64,000 bases of DNA from Candidatus Bathyarchaeota archaeon (GCA_963780185.1 CAWABA010000004.1:79944-143943); one strand, 5' to 3'; positions 28,622 through 39,118 are shown, numbered from the stretch's first letter. The notes: generated by a model from the sequence alone, not told the origin. Made by a program: numbers and translations.

Positions 28622-30160
28622 ATGAAACGCCTCGCCTGCATCCTTCTAATTGCAACTATTTTGGTTAGCGGGCCATTTCTCTTCCAAAACACCCATGCGC
28701 AAGTTTACAGCAACTTGACGATTGTGAACAACACGGAATGGACAACCGCACAAAGCCCAATCAACTTCAACGGAACCGTTATCGTGTCCAACAACGCCAC
28801 TTTAACCATCGACCCAGGAGTCACCGTTAGCATGGGGTACTATGCATTCGACATCTACGGCACTTTAATCGCGCAGGGAACCCCGGGCAACCAAATCGTT
28901 TTTACAAGCGTTGGCAACCAGACCGTGCAAAGCGGTTCCACCACCCCGATTTACCTTGGACAATACAACTATGGGGGCAGCAGTTCGAGTGGTCCAGCCT
29001 CGATTTTTCAATACGCCACTTTTAACGGAGTAATCATAAGCCAAATAGGAGGGTCATCGCCTGAAATAGACAGCTGCGTTTTTAATTTTGGAGCGTCATA
29101 TCAGACTGCCATCGCCGTCAACGCAGGTTCACCTCAAATCTCCAACAACGTTATAAACTTCAACAGTCAAGGTGCCAACGGCGCCATAAACGGCATAGGC
29201 GTATTCGGCGGAACCCCTCAAATAACCAACAACCAGTTCGAAGGAACACTCTCAAACCCAACCTACGCTGGCACCCCCAACGCATGCATCGAAGTTTCTT
29301 CGGGGGCTGCAGTGATAACAGGCAATACTTTTGCAGCCCAATTTGTCAATAACAGCGACGGCGTGGAGGTAACCTCGGGCAGCGCGCAGATAAGCAACAA
29401 CCAATTCCAAGGCAACGGCTGGCTTATCGGCGTAGATGACTTATCTTCCTCTTGCTTCACTGTTTCGAACAACGTGTTTTCAGGCTGTTACATGGGTGTA
29501 ATCGCCAAAACAGGAAGCACATTGACGGTTCAGAATAACCAGTTCGTGGAGGGAACCGACGGAGTCGACGCCTCAGGCACCGCACAAGTAACAGTCACGG
29601 ACAACTTGATTGACGGCAACTCCCGATACGGAATCAACGGAGGTGGAACCATAAGCTCCAACACAATTACCAATAACCAAATAGGAATACACAATCCAAT
29701 AAGCGGCGTCATAAGCGAAAACAACATTGTAGGCAACACCGAAAACAGCATAACCGCAACCAACGTGGATATTGATGCGCAAAACAACTGGTGGGGAATA
29801 GCGGACACGGCAACAATCAACCAAACAATCTATGACTCAAAAACGGACTATCACCTTGGAACCATAACATTTGTGCCCTTTTTGACTCAGCCTAGCCCGT
29901 CAGCTCCAGCTATTCCCGGCAATACGCCAGTTATCACTCCCGTCCCAACTTCGACGACGGTGACACCTGCGCCAACCGCTGTCATCCTGGAAACGCCGAC
30001 ACCTACACCATACGAATACTCGAAAACATTCGTTTACCAAACAGGCACACTGTTGAACTTGAACTTGATAACAACCGCCACAGCGATAATACTGGTTCTC
30101 GTTTGGATAATAGTGATATTGGGTTACTCAGCCAAGAAAGTTTTAAGAAAAAAAGACTAA
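28622..30160 (+). CDS. Secreted right-handed beta-helix surface protein
   Basis: Signal peptide, WTTAQSP, many 'ISNN' coils, AQNNWWG, PT linker, TM. Paralogous to 11119-12477. Confidence 0.85.
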   Translation: MKRLACILLIATILVSGPFLFQNTHAQVYSNLTIVNNTEWTTAQSPINFNGTVIVSNNATLTIDPGVTVSMGYYAFDIYGTLIAQGTPGNQIVFTSVGNQTVQSGSTTPIYLGQYNYGGSSSSGPASIFQYATFNGVIISQIGGSSPEIDSCVFNFGASYQTAIAVNAGSPQISNNVINFNSQGANGAINGIGVFGGTPQITNNQFEGTLSNPTYAGTPNACIEVSSGAAVITGNTFAAQFVNNSDGVEVTSGSAQISNNQFQGNGWLIGVDDLSSSCFTVSNNVFSGCYMGVIAKTGSTLTVQNNQFVEGTDGVDASGTAQVTVTDNLIDGNSRYGINGGGTISSNTITNNQIGIHNPISGVISENNIVGNTENSITATNVDIDAQNNWWGIADTATINQTIYDSKTDYHLGTITFVPFLTQPSPSAPAIPGNTPVITPVPTSTTVTPAPTAVILETPTPTPYEYSKTFVYQTGTLLNLNLITTATAIILVLVWIIVILGYSAKKVLRKKD

Positions 30161-30309
30161 GCGCCAATTTTTCGGTTTCAAAATAACGCGATGTTTTAAG
30201 CAAGCTTTTTAGTCCTAAAACAGTATGAGAGTGAAGCAAGCTTTCAACCATTAGTCATGAAAGGGCAGAGTAAATCAATTGAAGCTGTTTACAAGTTTGA
30301 AAAGAAGAA

Positions 30310-31920
30310 TTGGGGTTGGTTTCCTATGCAGTCTGGGTGCGTCGGCTTGATAGGTGGCGCATTTGCTTAATAGTGCTCGCGGTAGTCTACGGCTGCATCT
30401 TAACAGTAAATCTGTCCTCTGCGTCCATGGAGTGGGATGAAGTCACTCACTTCACAGGAGGGCTCCTCTTATCCAGAGGTCAAATTGGATTGTGGGTGAC
30501 GACAAACTCGCTTTACCCACCGATATACGACATATTTGTAGCAATTTACTACATTGCGATCGGACCAAGCGTCTTTGCGGCTAGACTAGTAGCCGTCACT
30601 TTTTCGGCGCTATCGCTTTTTGTGATTTTTGAACTCGCAAACCGACTGTACAACAAGAAAACTGCCTTGGTTTCAGCCCTGTTGTTCAGCGTTATGCCTG
30701 GAATAATATGGCTTTCCAGGATAGCCATGATTGAAACCATGTTAATCTTCATTTTTTCGGTTTCTATGCTTTTTTTCTTCAGTTGGTTAATGACTAACCG
30801 TGAAAGAGACCGCATGATAAGTATAGCCGCATTCGCAGTTGGCGTCGCGGTGAAGTATCAAGTGCTCGTCGTGGTTCCCTTAATCATGCTTCTGAGCTTG
30901 TTCTTCTGGAAAAGAGATTACCTGAAAACTCAACTAAAGAGTTTGATGCGACTTCCACGGTTGGCAGTTGTCGTGTTGGTGATTGGAGTTGCTGCAATCG
31001 TACTGTATCTGCTTTCATCGTCAGGGCTTTTGAGTTTGTTGCTTTTCACCATCCGCGAAGGCACGGCGCAAAAGGCGTTTTATAGTCGTCAGTACCCTGC
31101 GCCGATTTTTTACTTTGTTGAGATGACATGGTTCAACAATGTAGTCCAGCCTATTTCACTTATTTTGTACGCGATAGCGATTGCGGGATTGGGGTTAATG
31201 GCGTATAGGCGGAAACGTCAAGACAAGTTTTTGCTTCTCTGGTTCATCGTTGTGTATTTCGTTTTTACGTTGATCCCGAACAAGGATTGGCGGTATGTTA
31301 CGATTGCGTTCCCGGTTTTAGCTATCTCAGCCGCCAACCTTCTGATAGCGACTTTTGAAGGGCTTTCGAAAATCGTGCGGACAGCCAAAACAAGCTTAAC
31401 CAGGAAGTTAGGAGCAAAAATTATAGGCGGGCTTCTCGTCGCCTTGGTCCTAACTGGAGTCTACTACAGTTTTGTTAGCGCCTATAATTGGCAGGTCCAA
31501 ACAGGATTTCAAGTGCCCGTGGAACAGGCGACTTTCTTCGCATCGCAAAACTTGAATCAGAATCAAAGTCTCGTTGTCGCCTGCCCGGTTAACAGCTTTA
31601 ACGAGCAAATGGTTTGGCTTTACATGTCTATGAAGAATCCAAACCAGAGGTATAATCAAATCTTGCAATACCCTGCATTGGCGGCAGATGCCTACTCGCC
31701 AGACTTCAACATTTCTCAGTTTGTAATCCTCTGTCAACAACACAATGCGAAATATGTCTTAATTTATGAATTTGGCGATTTGCAATACTTTAGCTCAACC
31801 CTTACACAACAACAAGTCTGCAGCAGCCTTAACCGAACAGGCGAATTCACATTGCAAGCAACTTTCGGAACTCAACCTAACCGAGTATTCGTTTACTCAT
31901 ATTTTCCACAAAAAAGTTGA
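30310..31920 (+). CDS. ArnT/PMT-like (GT-C) membrane glycosyltransferase
   Basis: WDEVTH, YPPIY, ARL, K.RY motifs and about 11 TM segments with an extracellular C-terminal domain. Confidence 0.85.
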   Translation: MGLVSYAVWVRRLDRWRICLIVLAVVYGCILTVNLSSASMEWDEVTHFTGGLLLSRGQIGLWVTTNSLYPPIYDIFVAIYYIAIGPSVFAARLVAVTFSALSLFVIFELANRLYNKKTALVSALLFSVMPGIIWLSRIAMIETMLIFIFSVSMLFFFSWLMTNRERDRMISIAAFAVGVAVKYQVLVVVPLIMLLSLFFWKRDYLKTQLKSLMRLPRLAVVVLVIGVAAIVLYLLSSSGLLSLLLFTIREGTAQKAFYSRQYPAPIFYFVEMTWFNNVVQPISLILYAIAIAGLGLMAYRRKRQDKFLLLWFIVVYFVFTLIPNKDWRYVTIAFPVLAISAANLLIATFEGLSKIVRTAKTSLTRKLGAKIIGGLLVALVLTGVYYSFVSAYNWQVQTGFQVPVEQATFFASQNLNQNQSLVVACPVNSFNEQMVWLYMSMKNPNQRYNQILQYPALAADAYSPDFNISQFVILCQQHNAKYVLIYEFGDLQYFSSTLTQQQVCSSLNRTGEFTLQATFGTQPNRVFVYSYFPQKS

Positions 31921-32069
31921 ATCGCATAAATTGATTGTTGACCAAATCCCTGAGCGTTAAGTTCTTTCACAGATAGCCGTTTTTGATCAAATGACGTAGA
32001 GGCTTCTTTGGTGTTTCGGTAATGCTTTTCAAGGAGTGATTTGATACTTCATGTAAAGGTGTATGAATA

Positions 32070-32870
32070 TTGAACGTGGCGAAACCAGTAATCCTAAAAA
32101 TCGGCGGCTCAGCCATCACCGACAAAACAGAACAGTTAGCCGCAAAAACAGAAATCATCAATCGTCTAGCGGAAGAAATCAAGCGGGCAGACCTTGACAA
32201 CCTAATTATCGTTCACGGCGGCGGCAGCTTTGGGCATCCGACTGCGCAAAAGTACGGCATAAAAGAAGGATACAAAGAGGACCCAACGCAGAAACTTGGT
32301 TTCGCAGAAACCCACCATGTGATGACCGTGTTAAACGGGTTGGTTATGGACGCGCTTATTTGGCATGAAGTTCCAGCCATAAGCATAGCTCCATCAGGCT
32401 GCATCTTAACTAACAATGGCAGGATAAGGTTTTTTGACGAAACCGTGCTTAAAGCGATGGAGAAAATGTTGTTTAAGCCTGTCCTGTACGGCGATGCGGT
32501 TTTGGATGATAAGTTAGGCTTCACAATTCTCTCTGGCGATCAACTGGTTGCGTATTTGGCAATCAGGTATAATGCTTCAAAAATCGTCGTGGGCGTTGAT
32601 ACCGACGGCTTGTTTGACTGCGACCCGAAAACTAACCCAGAAGCTAAACCCTACAAACACTTGACGCTGGCGGAGCTTAAGCAGATTCAGCCTAAACTCG
32701 GCAAAGCAGCAGGCGCAGACGTCACAGGCGGCATGGCGGGTAAAATAGCAGAGCTTATCCCAGCAGTAGAAGCAGGCATTCATGTTACGGTTACTGGAGC
32801 CACAAAGGGATTATCGATTTACAGGGCACTAACAGACCAAAGTGTTTTAGGTACGGAAATCGAGAAGTAA
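32070..32870 (+). CDS. ipk: Isopentenyl phosphate kinase
   Basis: LKIGGSAITDK, VHGGGSFGH, ILSGD, DVTGGMAGK. Confidence 0.93.
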   Translation: MNVAKPVILKIGGSAITDKTEQLAAKTEIINRLAEEIKRADLDNLIIVHGGGSFGHPTAQKYGIKEGYKEDPTQKLGFAETHHVMTVLNGLVMDALIWHEVPAISIAPSGCILTNNGRIRFFDETVLKAMEKMLFKPVLYGDAVLDDKLGFTILSGDQLVAYLAIRYNASKIVVGVDTDGLFDCDPKTNPEAKPYKHLTLAELKQIQPKLGKAAGADVTGGMAGKIAELIPAVEAGIHVTVTGATKGLSIYRALTDQSVLGTEIEK

Positions 32871-32874
32871 CGGT

Positions 32875-33975
32875 ATGGCTGAAAAAACGGAAAACCGCAA
32901 GGCAGACCACATAAGGATTTGCCTCGAGCAAAAAGCTCAAGCAAAAAAAACCACCTCAGGCTTTGAAGACATTCAGTTCATCCACCGCGCCCTCCCAGAA
33001 CTTGACCGCGAAAAAATCAGCTTATCCACTTCTTTTTTCGGCAAAAAACTTTCAGCGCCCCTAATCGTAGGAGCCATGACAGGCGGAACAAAAGAAGCCA
33101 CAAAAATTAACGCTTCAATCGCCCTCGCCGTAGAGAAGCTACATTTAGGCATGGGCGTCGGAAGCCAAAGAGCAGCCATCGAAGACAAAAAACTCGAAGA
33201 CACCTACGCGGTAGCACGCAAAAAAGCGCCAACCGCCTTCTTAATCGCCAATATCGGCGGAGTCCAACTTGCACACGGCTACGGCTTAAAGGAAGCAAAG
33301 AAAGCAGTGGAAATGATAGATGCAGACGCGTTGGCAATCCACATGAATCCGCTGCAGGAAGCCATCCAACCCGAGGGACAAACCAACTTCAAAGGTGTCC
33401 TCGCAAAAATCGGCGAAATCGCCTCTGAACTAGACGTGCCCGTTATCGTTAAGGAGACGGGCTGCGGCTTTTGTGCGGAAGACGCAAAAGCTTTGGAAGA
33501 CTCTGGCGTAAAAGCCATTGACGTCGGCGGAGTCGGCGGAACAAGTTTCGCCGCTGTTGAATTTTACCGTTCAGTAGACGGCAAAACTATGGGTGAAGCG
33601 TTCTGGGACTGGGGAATCCCAACCGCTGTAAGCCTGATTGAAACAACTCAAACCGTAAAGATTCCAGTGGTCACTTCAGGCGGAATACGAAACGGCATAG
33701 ACATTGCGAAGTCAATCGCGTTGAACGCAAGTTTAGCTAGCCTAGCCCAACCCGTGCTTGAAGCCGCCGTGAAAGGAGCCAAAGAAACTGAAGAGTTGCT
33801 TTCCTGCTTAACCAATGAAATGCGCACCGTCATGTTTCTTGTCGGCGCCAAAAACATTGAATCCCTCGCAAAAGTGCCTGTTGTCGTGACAGGAAAAACC
33901 GCAGAATGGCTAAACATTCGAGACTTCGACACAGCAAATTACGCCCTCAGGAGAAACGTGACGTTTGAATATTGA
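32875..33975 (+). CDS. fni: Type 2 isopentenyl-diphosphate isomerase
   Basis: RKADHI, AMTGG, GVGSQR, NPLQEAIQPEG, VKETGCG, GGTS, WGIPT. Confidence 0.96.
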   Translation: MAEKTENRKADHIRICLEQKAQAKKTTSGFEDIQFIHRALPELDREKISLSTSFFGKKLSAPLIVGAMTGGTKEATKINASIALAVEKLHLGMGVGSQRAAIEDKKLEDTYAVARKKAPTAFLIANIGGVQLAHGYGLKEAKKAVEMIDADALAIHMNPLQEAIQPEGQTNFKGVLAKIGEIASELDVPVIVKETGCGFCAEDAKALEDSGVKAIDVGGVGGTSFAAVEFYRSVDGKTMGEAFWDWGIPTAVSLIETTQTVKIPVVTSGGIRNGIDIAKSIALNASLASLAQPVLEAAVKGAKETEELLSCLTNEMRTVMFLVGAKNIESLAKVPVVVTGKTAEWLNIRDFDTANYALRRNVTFEY

Positions 33976-35035
33976 AAAGTTTCTTGAAGAAAAGGCACCC
34001 TTAATCGATAAAGCCATCGAAAAATATGTTCCCAGAAAATTCACTGAAGATTCGGTTCTTTTCAAAGTCGATCCGCCGATGTACAGCTACAACTTGCAGC
34101 CGCTTAACAAGGCAATCGCGGATCCGATTTGGGACATGCTGGACCGCGGCGGAAAAAGGTGGCGCCCAGCCCTCTTCCTGCTGATATGTGAAGCACTTGG
34201 CAACAGCTCCGATTATTGCTTGGACTTCTCCATTATCCCCGAAGTTATCCATAACGGCACGCTGGTGGTTGACGACATCGAAGACGCCTCAGAGCTTCGC
34301 CGTGGCAAACCATGCACCTACAAAATCTTCCAGATGGACATAGCGGTTAACGCTGGAAACGCCATGTATTACCTTCCCCTTCTGCCGCTGATGACGCAGA
34401 AAGCAAAGATGGCGCCTGAGACGCAGCGGGACATTTACGAGGTTTACGTTCAAGAAATGATTAACCTCAGTTTGGGGCAAGCCATGGACATCGCGTGGCA
34501 CAGCGGCTTAGCCAACGCCGACGAGCTGTGTGAAGAGGATTACCTGCAGATGTGCGCTTACAAAACAGGCACGCTTGCGCGGATGGCGGCGAAAATGGCT
34601 GCAGTTCTCGCAGGCGCGAACAAACCGCTTGTAGATAAGCTTGGGCGTCTGGCTGAAAGCATCGGGGTGGCTTTTCAGATGCAGGATGACATTTTAGATT
34701 TGACTGGTGTGGACTTCGCGAAAAAGAAAGGCGGCGTCGGACAAGACATAACAGAGGGCAAACGAAGCCTAATGGTTATTTACACACTTGGAAAGGCTAA
34801 CAGCGTCGATAGGAAGCGGCTTATTCAGATTCTTAACATGCATACTTCCGAGCAACCGCTGCGAGATGAAGCTATCGCCCTGATGCAGAAGTACGGCGCC
34901 ATAGGACACGTCAAAGCCACCGCGGAGCGAATGGTTGAGGAAAGCTGGGTTGAAACTGAGAAGCTGTTGCCGACGCCTCAAGCTAAGGAAAAATTAAAAG
35001 CGTTCGCTGAATTCTTGATTAAAAGAAACAAGTAG
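33965..35035 (+). CDS. Polyprenyl (geranylgeranyl) diphosphate synthase
   Basis: GGKRWRP, VVDDIED...RRG, GQAMDI, KTG, FQMQDDILD. Confidence 0.93.
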   Translation: MNIEKFLEEKAPLIDKAIEKYVPRKFTEDSVLFKVDPPMYSYNLQPLNKAIADPIWDMLDRGGKRWRPALFLLICEALGNSSDYCLDFSIIPEVIHNGTLVVDDIEDASELRRGKPCTYKIFQMDIAVNAGNAMYYLPLLPLMTQKAKMAPETQRDIYEVYVQEMINLSLGQAMDIAWHSGLANADELCEEDYLQMCAYKTGTLARMAAKMAAVLAGANKPLVDKLGRLAESIGVAFQMQDDILDLTGVDFAKKKGGVGQDITEGKRSLMVIYTLGKANSVDRKRLIQILNMHTSEQPLRDEAIALMQKYGAIGHVKATAERMVEESWVETEKLLPTPQAKEKLKAFAEFLIKRNK

Positions 35036-35038
35036 TTT

Positions 35039-36805
35039 GTGAGCGTTACGGATTTGGCATTAGAAAAAGATAATGACTTAAAGGAATTCATACGGAAAGC
35101 CGCGTTGCTGAACGCTGTTTCCCATGACGGAAAGGCTCAAGCAGGCGCTTTAGTCGGCAAGGTTCTCGGCGAAAAAGCGGACCTGCGCTCAAAAGTGAAG
35201 GAGCTTTCAGGCGTAATCAACACCGTCGTAAACGAAGTTAACAACTTGTCTTTTGCGGAGCAAAAGGCGATTGTGGAGAAGAATTGGCCTGAAACGCAGA
35301 AAAAAGAGAAACCTGAAGAAAAACGTCTCTCCCCCCTGCCAAACGCCGACAAGTACCCGTCGATAGTGACCCGTTTCTCCCCGAACCCCGACTGCGTCCT
35401 GCATCTGGGTTCCGCAAGAGCCATCCTTCTTAGCCACGAATACGCCCGCATGTACGGCGGCAAATTTATCCTGCGTTTCGAAGATACAGACCCCAAAGTG
35501 AAGAAGCCGTCGCTGGTTTTCTACGACAGCATCAGGCAAGATTTGAAGTGGCTCGGCTGCGCAGTCGACGAAGAATACATCCAAAGCGACCGACTCCCCA
35601 TATACTACGAATACACAGAGAAGCTAATCGAAGACGGCAACGCCTACGTCTGCGAATGCCCCGCTGAAGAGTTCCGCAAAAAAACCATAGAAAAACAAGC
35701 CTGCCCATGCCGCAACCTGCCTGCAGCGGAACAGCTGGAACGCTGGAAACGCATGTTAAGCGGCGGATACACCGAAGGACAAGCAGTGGTCAGAGTTAAA
35801 ACTGACATTGAACATCCAAACCCAGCCGTCAGAGACTGGCCAGCGTTAAGGATTATTGACACGAAAAAATATCCGCATCCGAGGGTGGGAAGCAGATACA
35901 TTGTTTGGCCGCTGTACAATTTGGCTGCGGGCTTAGATGACCACCTGATGGGTATGACCCACATCATCCGAGGCAAAGAACACTACACCAACATGGTCCG
36001 CCAAAAATACATGTACCAACATCTATGCTGGGAATACCCTGAAGCCATACACTACGGCAGACTCAAAATCACAGGCGCGTTCTTGAGCAAATCAAAAATC
36101 GTTCAAGGCGTAAAAGACGGCTGCTACACAGGCTTTGACGACCCACGCCTAGGCACCTTCGCCGCACTTAGGAAACGCGGCATAACTCCTGAAGCCATCA
36201 AAAAAATGATAATTGACGTAGGAACAAAATCAAACGACGTGACGCTAAGCTGGGAGAACCTGTTCTCGTACAACCGCAAAATTCTAGACGCCGCAAGCAA
36301 CCGATACTTCTTCGTTGACGACCCAGTCGAACTCAAAGTTTCGAAGGTGCCTAAAACCTTTAACGCCAAACTCCCCTTGCACCCAGAGAACCCTGAACGC
36401 GGATTCAGAGAATACACCGTGACTCCCGAAGGTCAAGAGCAAGCAGCGAGTTTCTGGGTTTCAAAAAAGGATGCTGAGGCTTTGGAGCCTGGCAAGATTG
36501 TGAGGCTGATGGAGCTTTTCAACGTTAAAGTCGAAAGCAAAACAAGCGACTCGGTGACGGCGACGTACGCAAGCGAGTCATACGACGATGTCAGAAAAAT
36601 TAAGGTCCAGCTTATCCAGTGGATTCCAAAAGGCGCAGAGTTCCAATGCCAGGTTGTTATGCCAGATGCCTCAGTTACCGAGGGGTTTGCTGAGAGCGCC
36701 TGCAAAAACTTAAAGCCAGACACCATAATACAGTTTGAACGTTTCGGATTCACCCGAATAGACCGGGTAAACCAGAAATTGGTCGCGTACTACGCTCACA
36801 AGTAA
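35039..36805 (+). CDS. gltX: Glutamyl-tRNA synthetase (archaeal type)
   Basis: RFSPNP..LHLGS, RFEDTDP, THIIRGKEH, LSKS, QFERFGF. Confidence 0.96.
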   Translation: MSVTDLALEKDNDLKEFIRKAALLNAVSHDGKAQAGALVGKVLGEKADLRSKVKELSGVINTVVNEVNNLSFAEQKAIVEKNWPETQKKEKPEEKRLSPLPNADKYPSIVTRFSPNPDCVLHLGSARAILLSHEYARMYGGKFILRFEDTDPKVKKPSLVFYDSIRQDLKWLGCAVDEEYIQSDRLPIYYEYTEKLIEDGNAYVCECPAEEFRKKTIEKQACPCRNLPAAEQLERWKRMLSGGYTEGQAVVRVKTDIEHPNPAVRDWPALRIIDTKKYPHPRVGSRYIVWPLYNLAAGLDDHLMGMTHIIRGKEHYTNMVRQKYMYQHLCWEYPEAIHYGRLKITGAFLSKSKIVQGVKDGCYTGFDDPRLGTFAALRKRGITPEAIKKMIIDVGTKSNDVTLSWENLFSYNRKILDAASNRYFFVDDPVELKVSKVPKTFNAKLPLHPENPERGFREYTVTPEGQEQAASFWVSKKDAEALEPGKIVRLMELFNVKVESKTSDSVTATYASESYDDVRKIKVQLIQWIPKGAEFQCQVVMPDASVTEGFAESACKNLKPDTIIQFERFGFTRIDRVNQKLVAYYAHK

Positions 36806-36818
36806 GAGATGACCCAGC

Positions 36819-37121
36819 ATGAAGAAACTCGATAAAGCAATAATTTGGCCAATCTACTTTGACGCCAACAAACCAAGAAGAAAAGGACGCCGAGTACCCA
36901 AAAACTTAGCCGTGCAAGCGCCGAAAATCGACGAAGTTAAACAGGCAGTTGACCGACTGGGCTTAAAAAACGAGGTCCGACTTGAAGCCCACTTCCCCAG
37001 AATTCCATGGGCTAAGACTGGAATGTTACTTGTTGAAAAGAAAGAACCGAAAGAAAAGATAATCCAGAAAATCGCAAAACAACTATTAAAGATAAGAAGC
37101 GTACCTGCGAAACCGCAGTAG
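36819..37121 (+). CDS. srp19: Signal recognition particle protein SRP19
   Basis: IIWPIYFD...GRRVPKNLAV..P. Confidence 0.93.
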   Translation: MKKLDKAIIWPIYFDANKPRRKGRRVPKNLAVQAPKIDEVKQAVDRLGLKNEVRLEAHFPRIPWAKTGMLLVEKKEPKEKIIQKIAKQLLKIRSVPAKPQ

Positions 37122-37122
37122 C

Positions 37123-37518
37123 TTAAGCTTTTTCTTTAGTGATGAGAACCGCGTTGATTACGCCGTCGTTTCCTGGGCGACTGGTAACTTTTGCCAAGCC
37201 TAGGGAGGTTTCGATTTCTGCGCCTTTAGTGATGACGCCTCTGCGGTTGTAGTCTACGTTTGCGCCGTTGCGGACGACACGGGTGATTTCTGTTTTAGCA
37301 GTTTTGCCCGTTTTCGGGTCGGTGACTGAAACGAACTTGTCGCTCAAAACTCTAACTTTGGTGTTGCCGCCCATGCCTCGAGTGGTTTTCCTTTTAGGTT
37401 CACCGAGGACTGTCTCAGCTGGGTAACCGCCTTCCTCATATTTTTTCTTGACGCGGTAAGCTCTTTTTTTGCCGCCTGAAAGTTTCCGTTTACGTAAAGT
37501 GCCATGCCAAACAGACAT
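37123..37518 (-). CDS. rps8e: 30S ribosomal protein eS8
   Basis: RK.SGG, RGMGGN.K, RRGVITKGA.I.T, VTSRPGNDG.INA. Confidence 0.96.
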   Translation of the reverse strand: MSVWHGTLRKRKLSGGKKRAYRVKKKYEEGGYPAETVLGEPKRKTTRGMGGNTKVRVLSDKFVSVTDPKTGKTAKTEITRVVRNGANVDYNRRGVITKGAEIETSLGLAKVTSRPGNDGVINAVLITKEKA

Positions 37519-37769
37519 TATTCCACATTTCCTAACGAATATCTAATTCGAGCATTCACTAAAACATTGGATTTCCATATAAACGTATCCGTTTCAAGCC
37601 TTATCTTCCTCAACCAAGATGCTTATGCGTTCTCGTTTCAAGCCTATTTTGCCCTCTACAGAAGTATATGGCTTGGTAGATTGTCGCATTAGAAAAAGTT
37701 GCCAGCATAGTTTGTTGAGAATAAGTGTCAAACCTTAAAAAGGAAAAAGTGTTAGTTACTTTGTCTACG

Positions 37770-38069
37770 ATGAAGTCCTTGGAAGAAATAAAGGCTCAGT
37801 TAGAAAAACTCAAGCCAATTCTCAAAGAAAAGTATCAAGTGGAAACGATAGGCGTGTTCGGTTCGTACTCGCGAGGTGAACAGAAGAACAAAAGCGACAT
37901 TGACATTCTCGTCACTTTCTACGAACCAAACGACATCGACCTTATCGACTTCATCGAAATAAAGCAGTTCCTTAGCAACAGACTGAAGACAAAAGTTGAT
38001 CTGGTAAAAAAGAGCGCTTTGAAGCCTTTAATTAAAGACAAAATTCTTGGAGAGACGATCTACATTTGA
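37770..38069 (+). CDS. Minimal nucleotidyltransferase (MntA-type antitoxin)
   Basis: FGSYSRGEQKNKSDIDILV (GSx10DxD) and KVDLV. Confidence 0.9.
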   Translation: MKSLEEIKAQLEKLKPILKEKYQVETIGVFGSYSRGEQKNKSDIDILVTFYEPNDIDLIDFIEIKQFLSNRLKTKVDLVKKSALKPLIKDKILGETIYI

Positions 38070-38410
38070 CCAGAAGCATGAAACTCTACCTTCAAGACAT
38101 CTCTGACGCCATCAAAGAAGTTGAAGAATTCATGACAGGTCTTTCTTTTGAAGATTTTTCCGAAAACAAGCAAGTAATTCGAGCAATAACAATGGATTTC
38201 ATAATAATCGGAGAAGCATCTAAACATTTGCTGACGGAGACCCGCAAAAGATATCCTCAAATTCCTTGGCAAAAAATTGTCGGGATGAAAAATATTCTCA
38301 CACACGATTATCCTGAAACAGATAACGAAATCCTCTGGAAAACAGCCAAGAAAAGATTACCAGAATTAAAGATCGTAATCGATGAAATCCTCGAGGAAAC
38401 GTCTGAGTAA
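38066..38410 (+). CDS. HEPN/DUF86 (HepT-type) toxin
   Basis: IIGEASK, YPQIPWQKIVGMKNILTHDY. 4-nt overlap with the MNT gene. Confidence 0.88.
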   Translation: MTRSMKLYLQDISDAIKEVEEFMTGLSFEDFSENKQVIRAITMDFIIIGEASKHLLTETRKRYPQIPWQKIVGMKNILTHDYPETDNEILWKTAKKRLPELKIVIDEILEETSE

Positions 38411-38515
38411 ATAATAGAAGATTTTCAGTTAAGTGTTTGATTAATAATTGATTACAAAAAATCCGTTACACGCAGAAAAAATTTTGACCCCCAGAGTAAG
38501 ATCTGTAAAGGAAGA

Positions 38516-39118
38516 TTACTGTTGGTCCTTTTCGTCTTTTAATGATTCGCCAAAAATCTTTTTCAAATTCCTTTTCATTTCGGTTATGTCGTTGGGTAAG
38601 CCGAAGTAGTCGGCGAAGTCAGCCGTGGTTTTCAGCATCATGGAGCGCCCGCTTTTTTCAGCCATAATCAAATGGCTCTCTTTTAGCTCCTTAATATGAC
38701 CGTACGCGTGTTGTCCCCTAACATCGATGACTCGTTTCTGGCTGATAGGCTGCCTGATTGCAATGTAAGAAAGCGTTTTGAGGGGACCTGAAGAAAGCAA
38801 TGGGCGATTCACCAGTTTCTGGATTAAATGAGTGAAATCTGCTTTGACCTGCAGCACGTAGCGTTCGTCTTTTAAAGCCAATATCTCAAGCGCCGTCTTC
38901 CTCGCATTGTACTCCTTCATCAGGGTGTCTGCGTATTTTTGGGCTTTCTTTTTTGATCGACTACCGATGACTTGGCACAGCTCGTTCAAGTCTAAGGGTC
39001 GCCCGGCAACAAAGAGGGCGGCTTCTATGAGCACCATGCAATGAGCTTTACGCTCTTCATCCTGCGCTTGCTCCGCATCAGGGTTTAATTCAACTGGTGT
39101 TTCCTTCGGCTTTTCCAA
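38516..39118 (-). CDS. scpB: SMC-Scp complex subunit ScpB
   Basis: IEAALFVAGRP, LKTLSYIAIRQPI, TTADFADYFGL. Confidence 0.93.
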   Translation of the reverse strand: MEKPKETPVELNPDAEQAQDEERKAHCMVLIEAALFVAGRPLDLNELCQVIGSRSKKKAQKYADTLMKEYNARKTALEILALKDERYVLQVKADFTHLIQKLVNRPLLSSGPLKTLSYIAIRQPISQKRVIDVRGQHAYGHIKELKESHLIMAEKSGRSMMLKTTADFADYFGLPNDITEMKRNLKKIFGESLKDEKDQQ

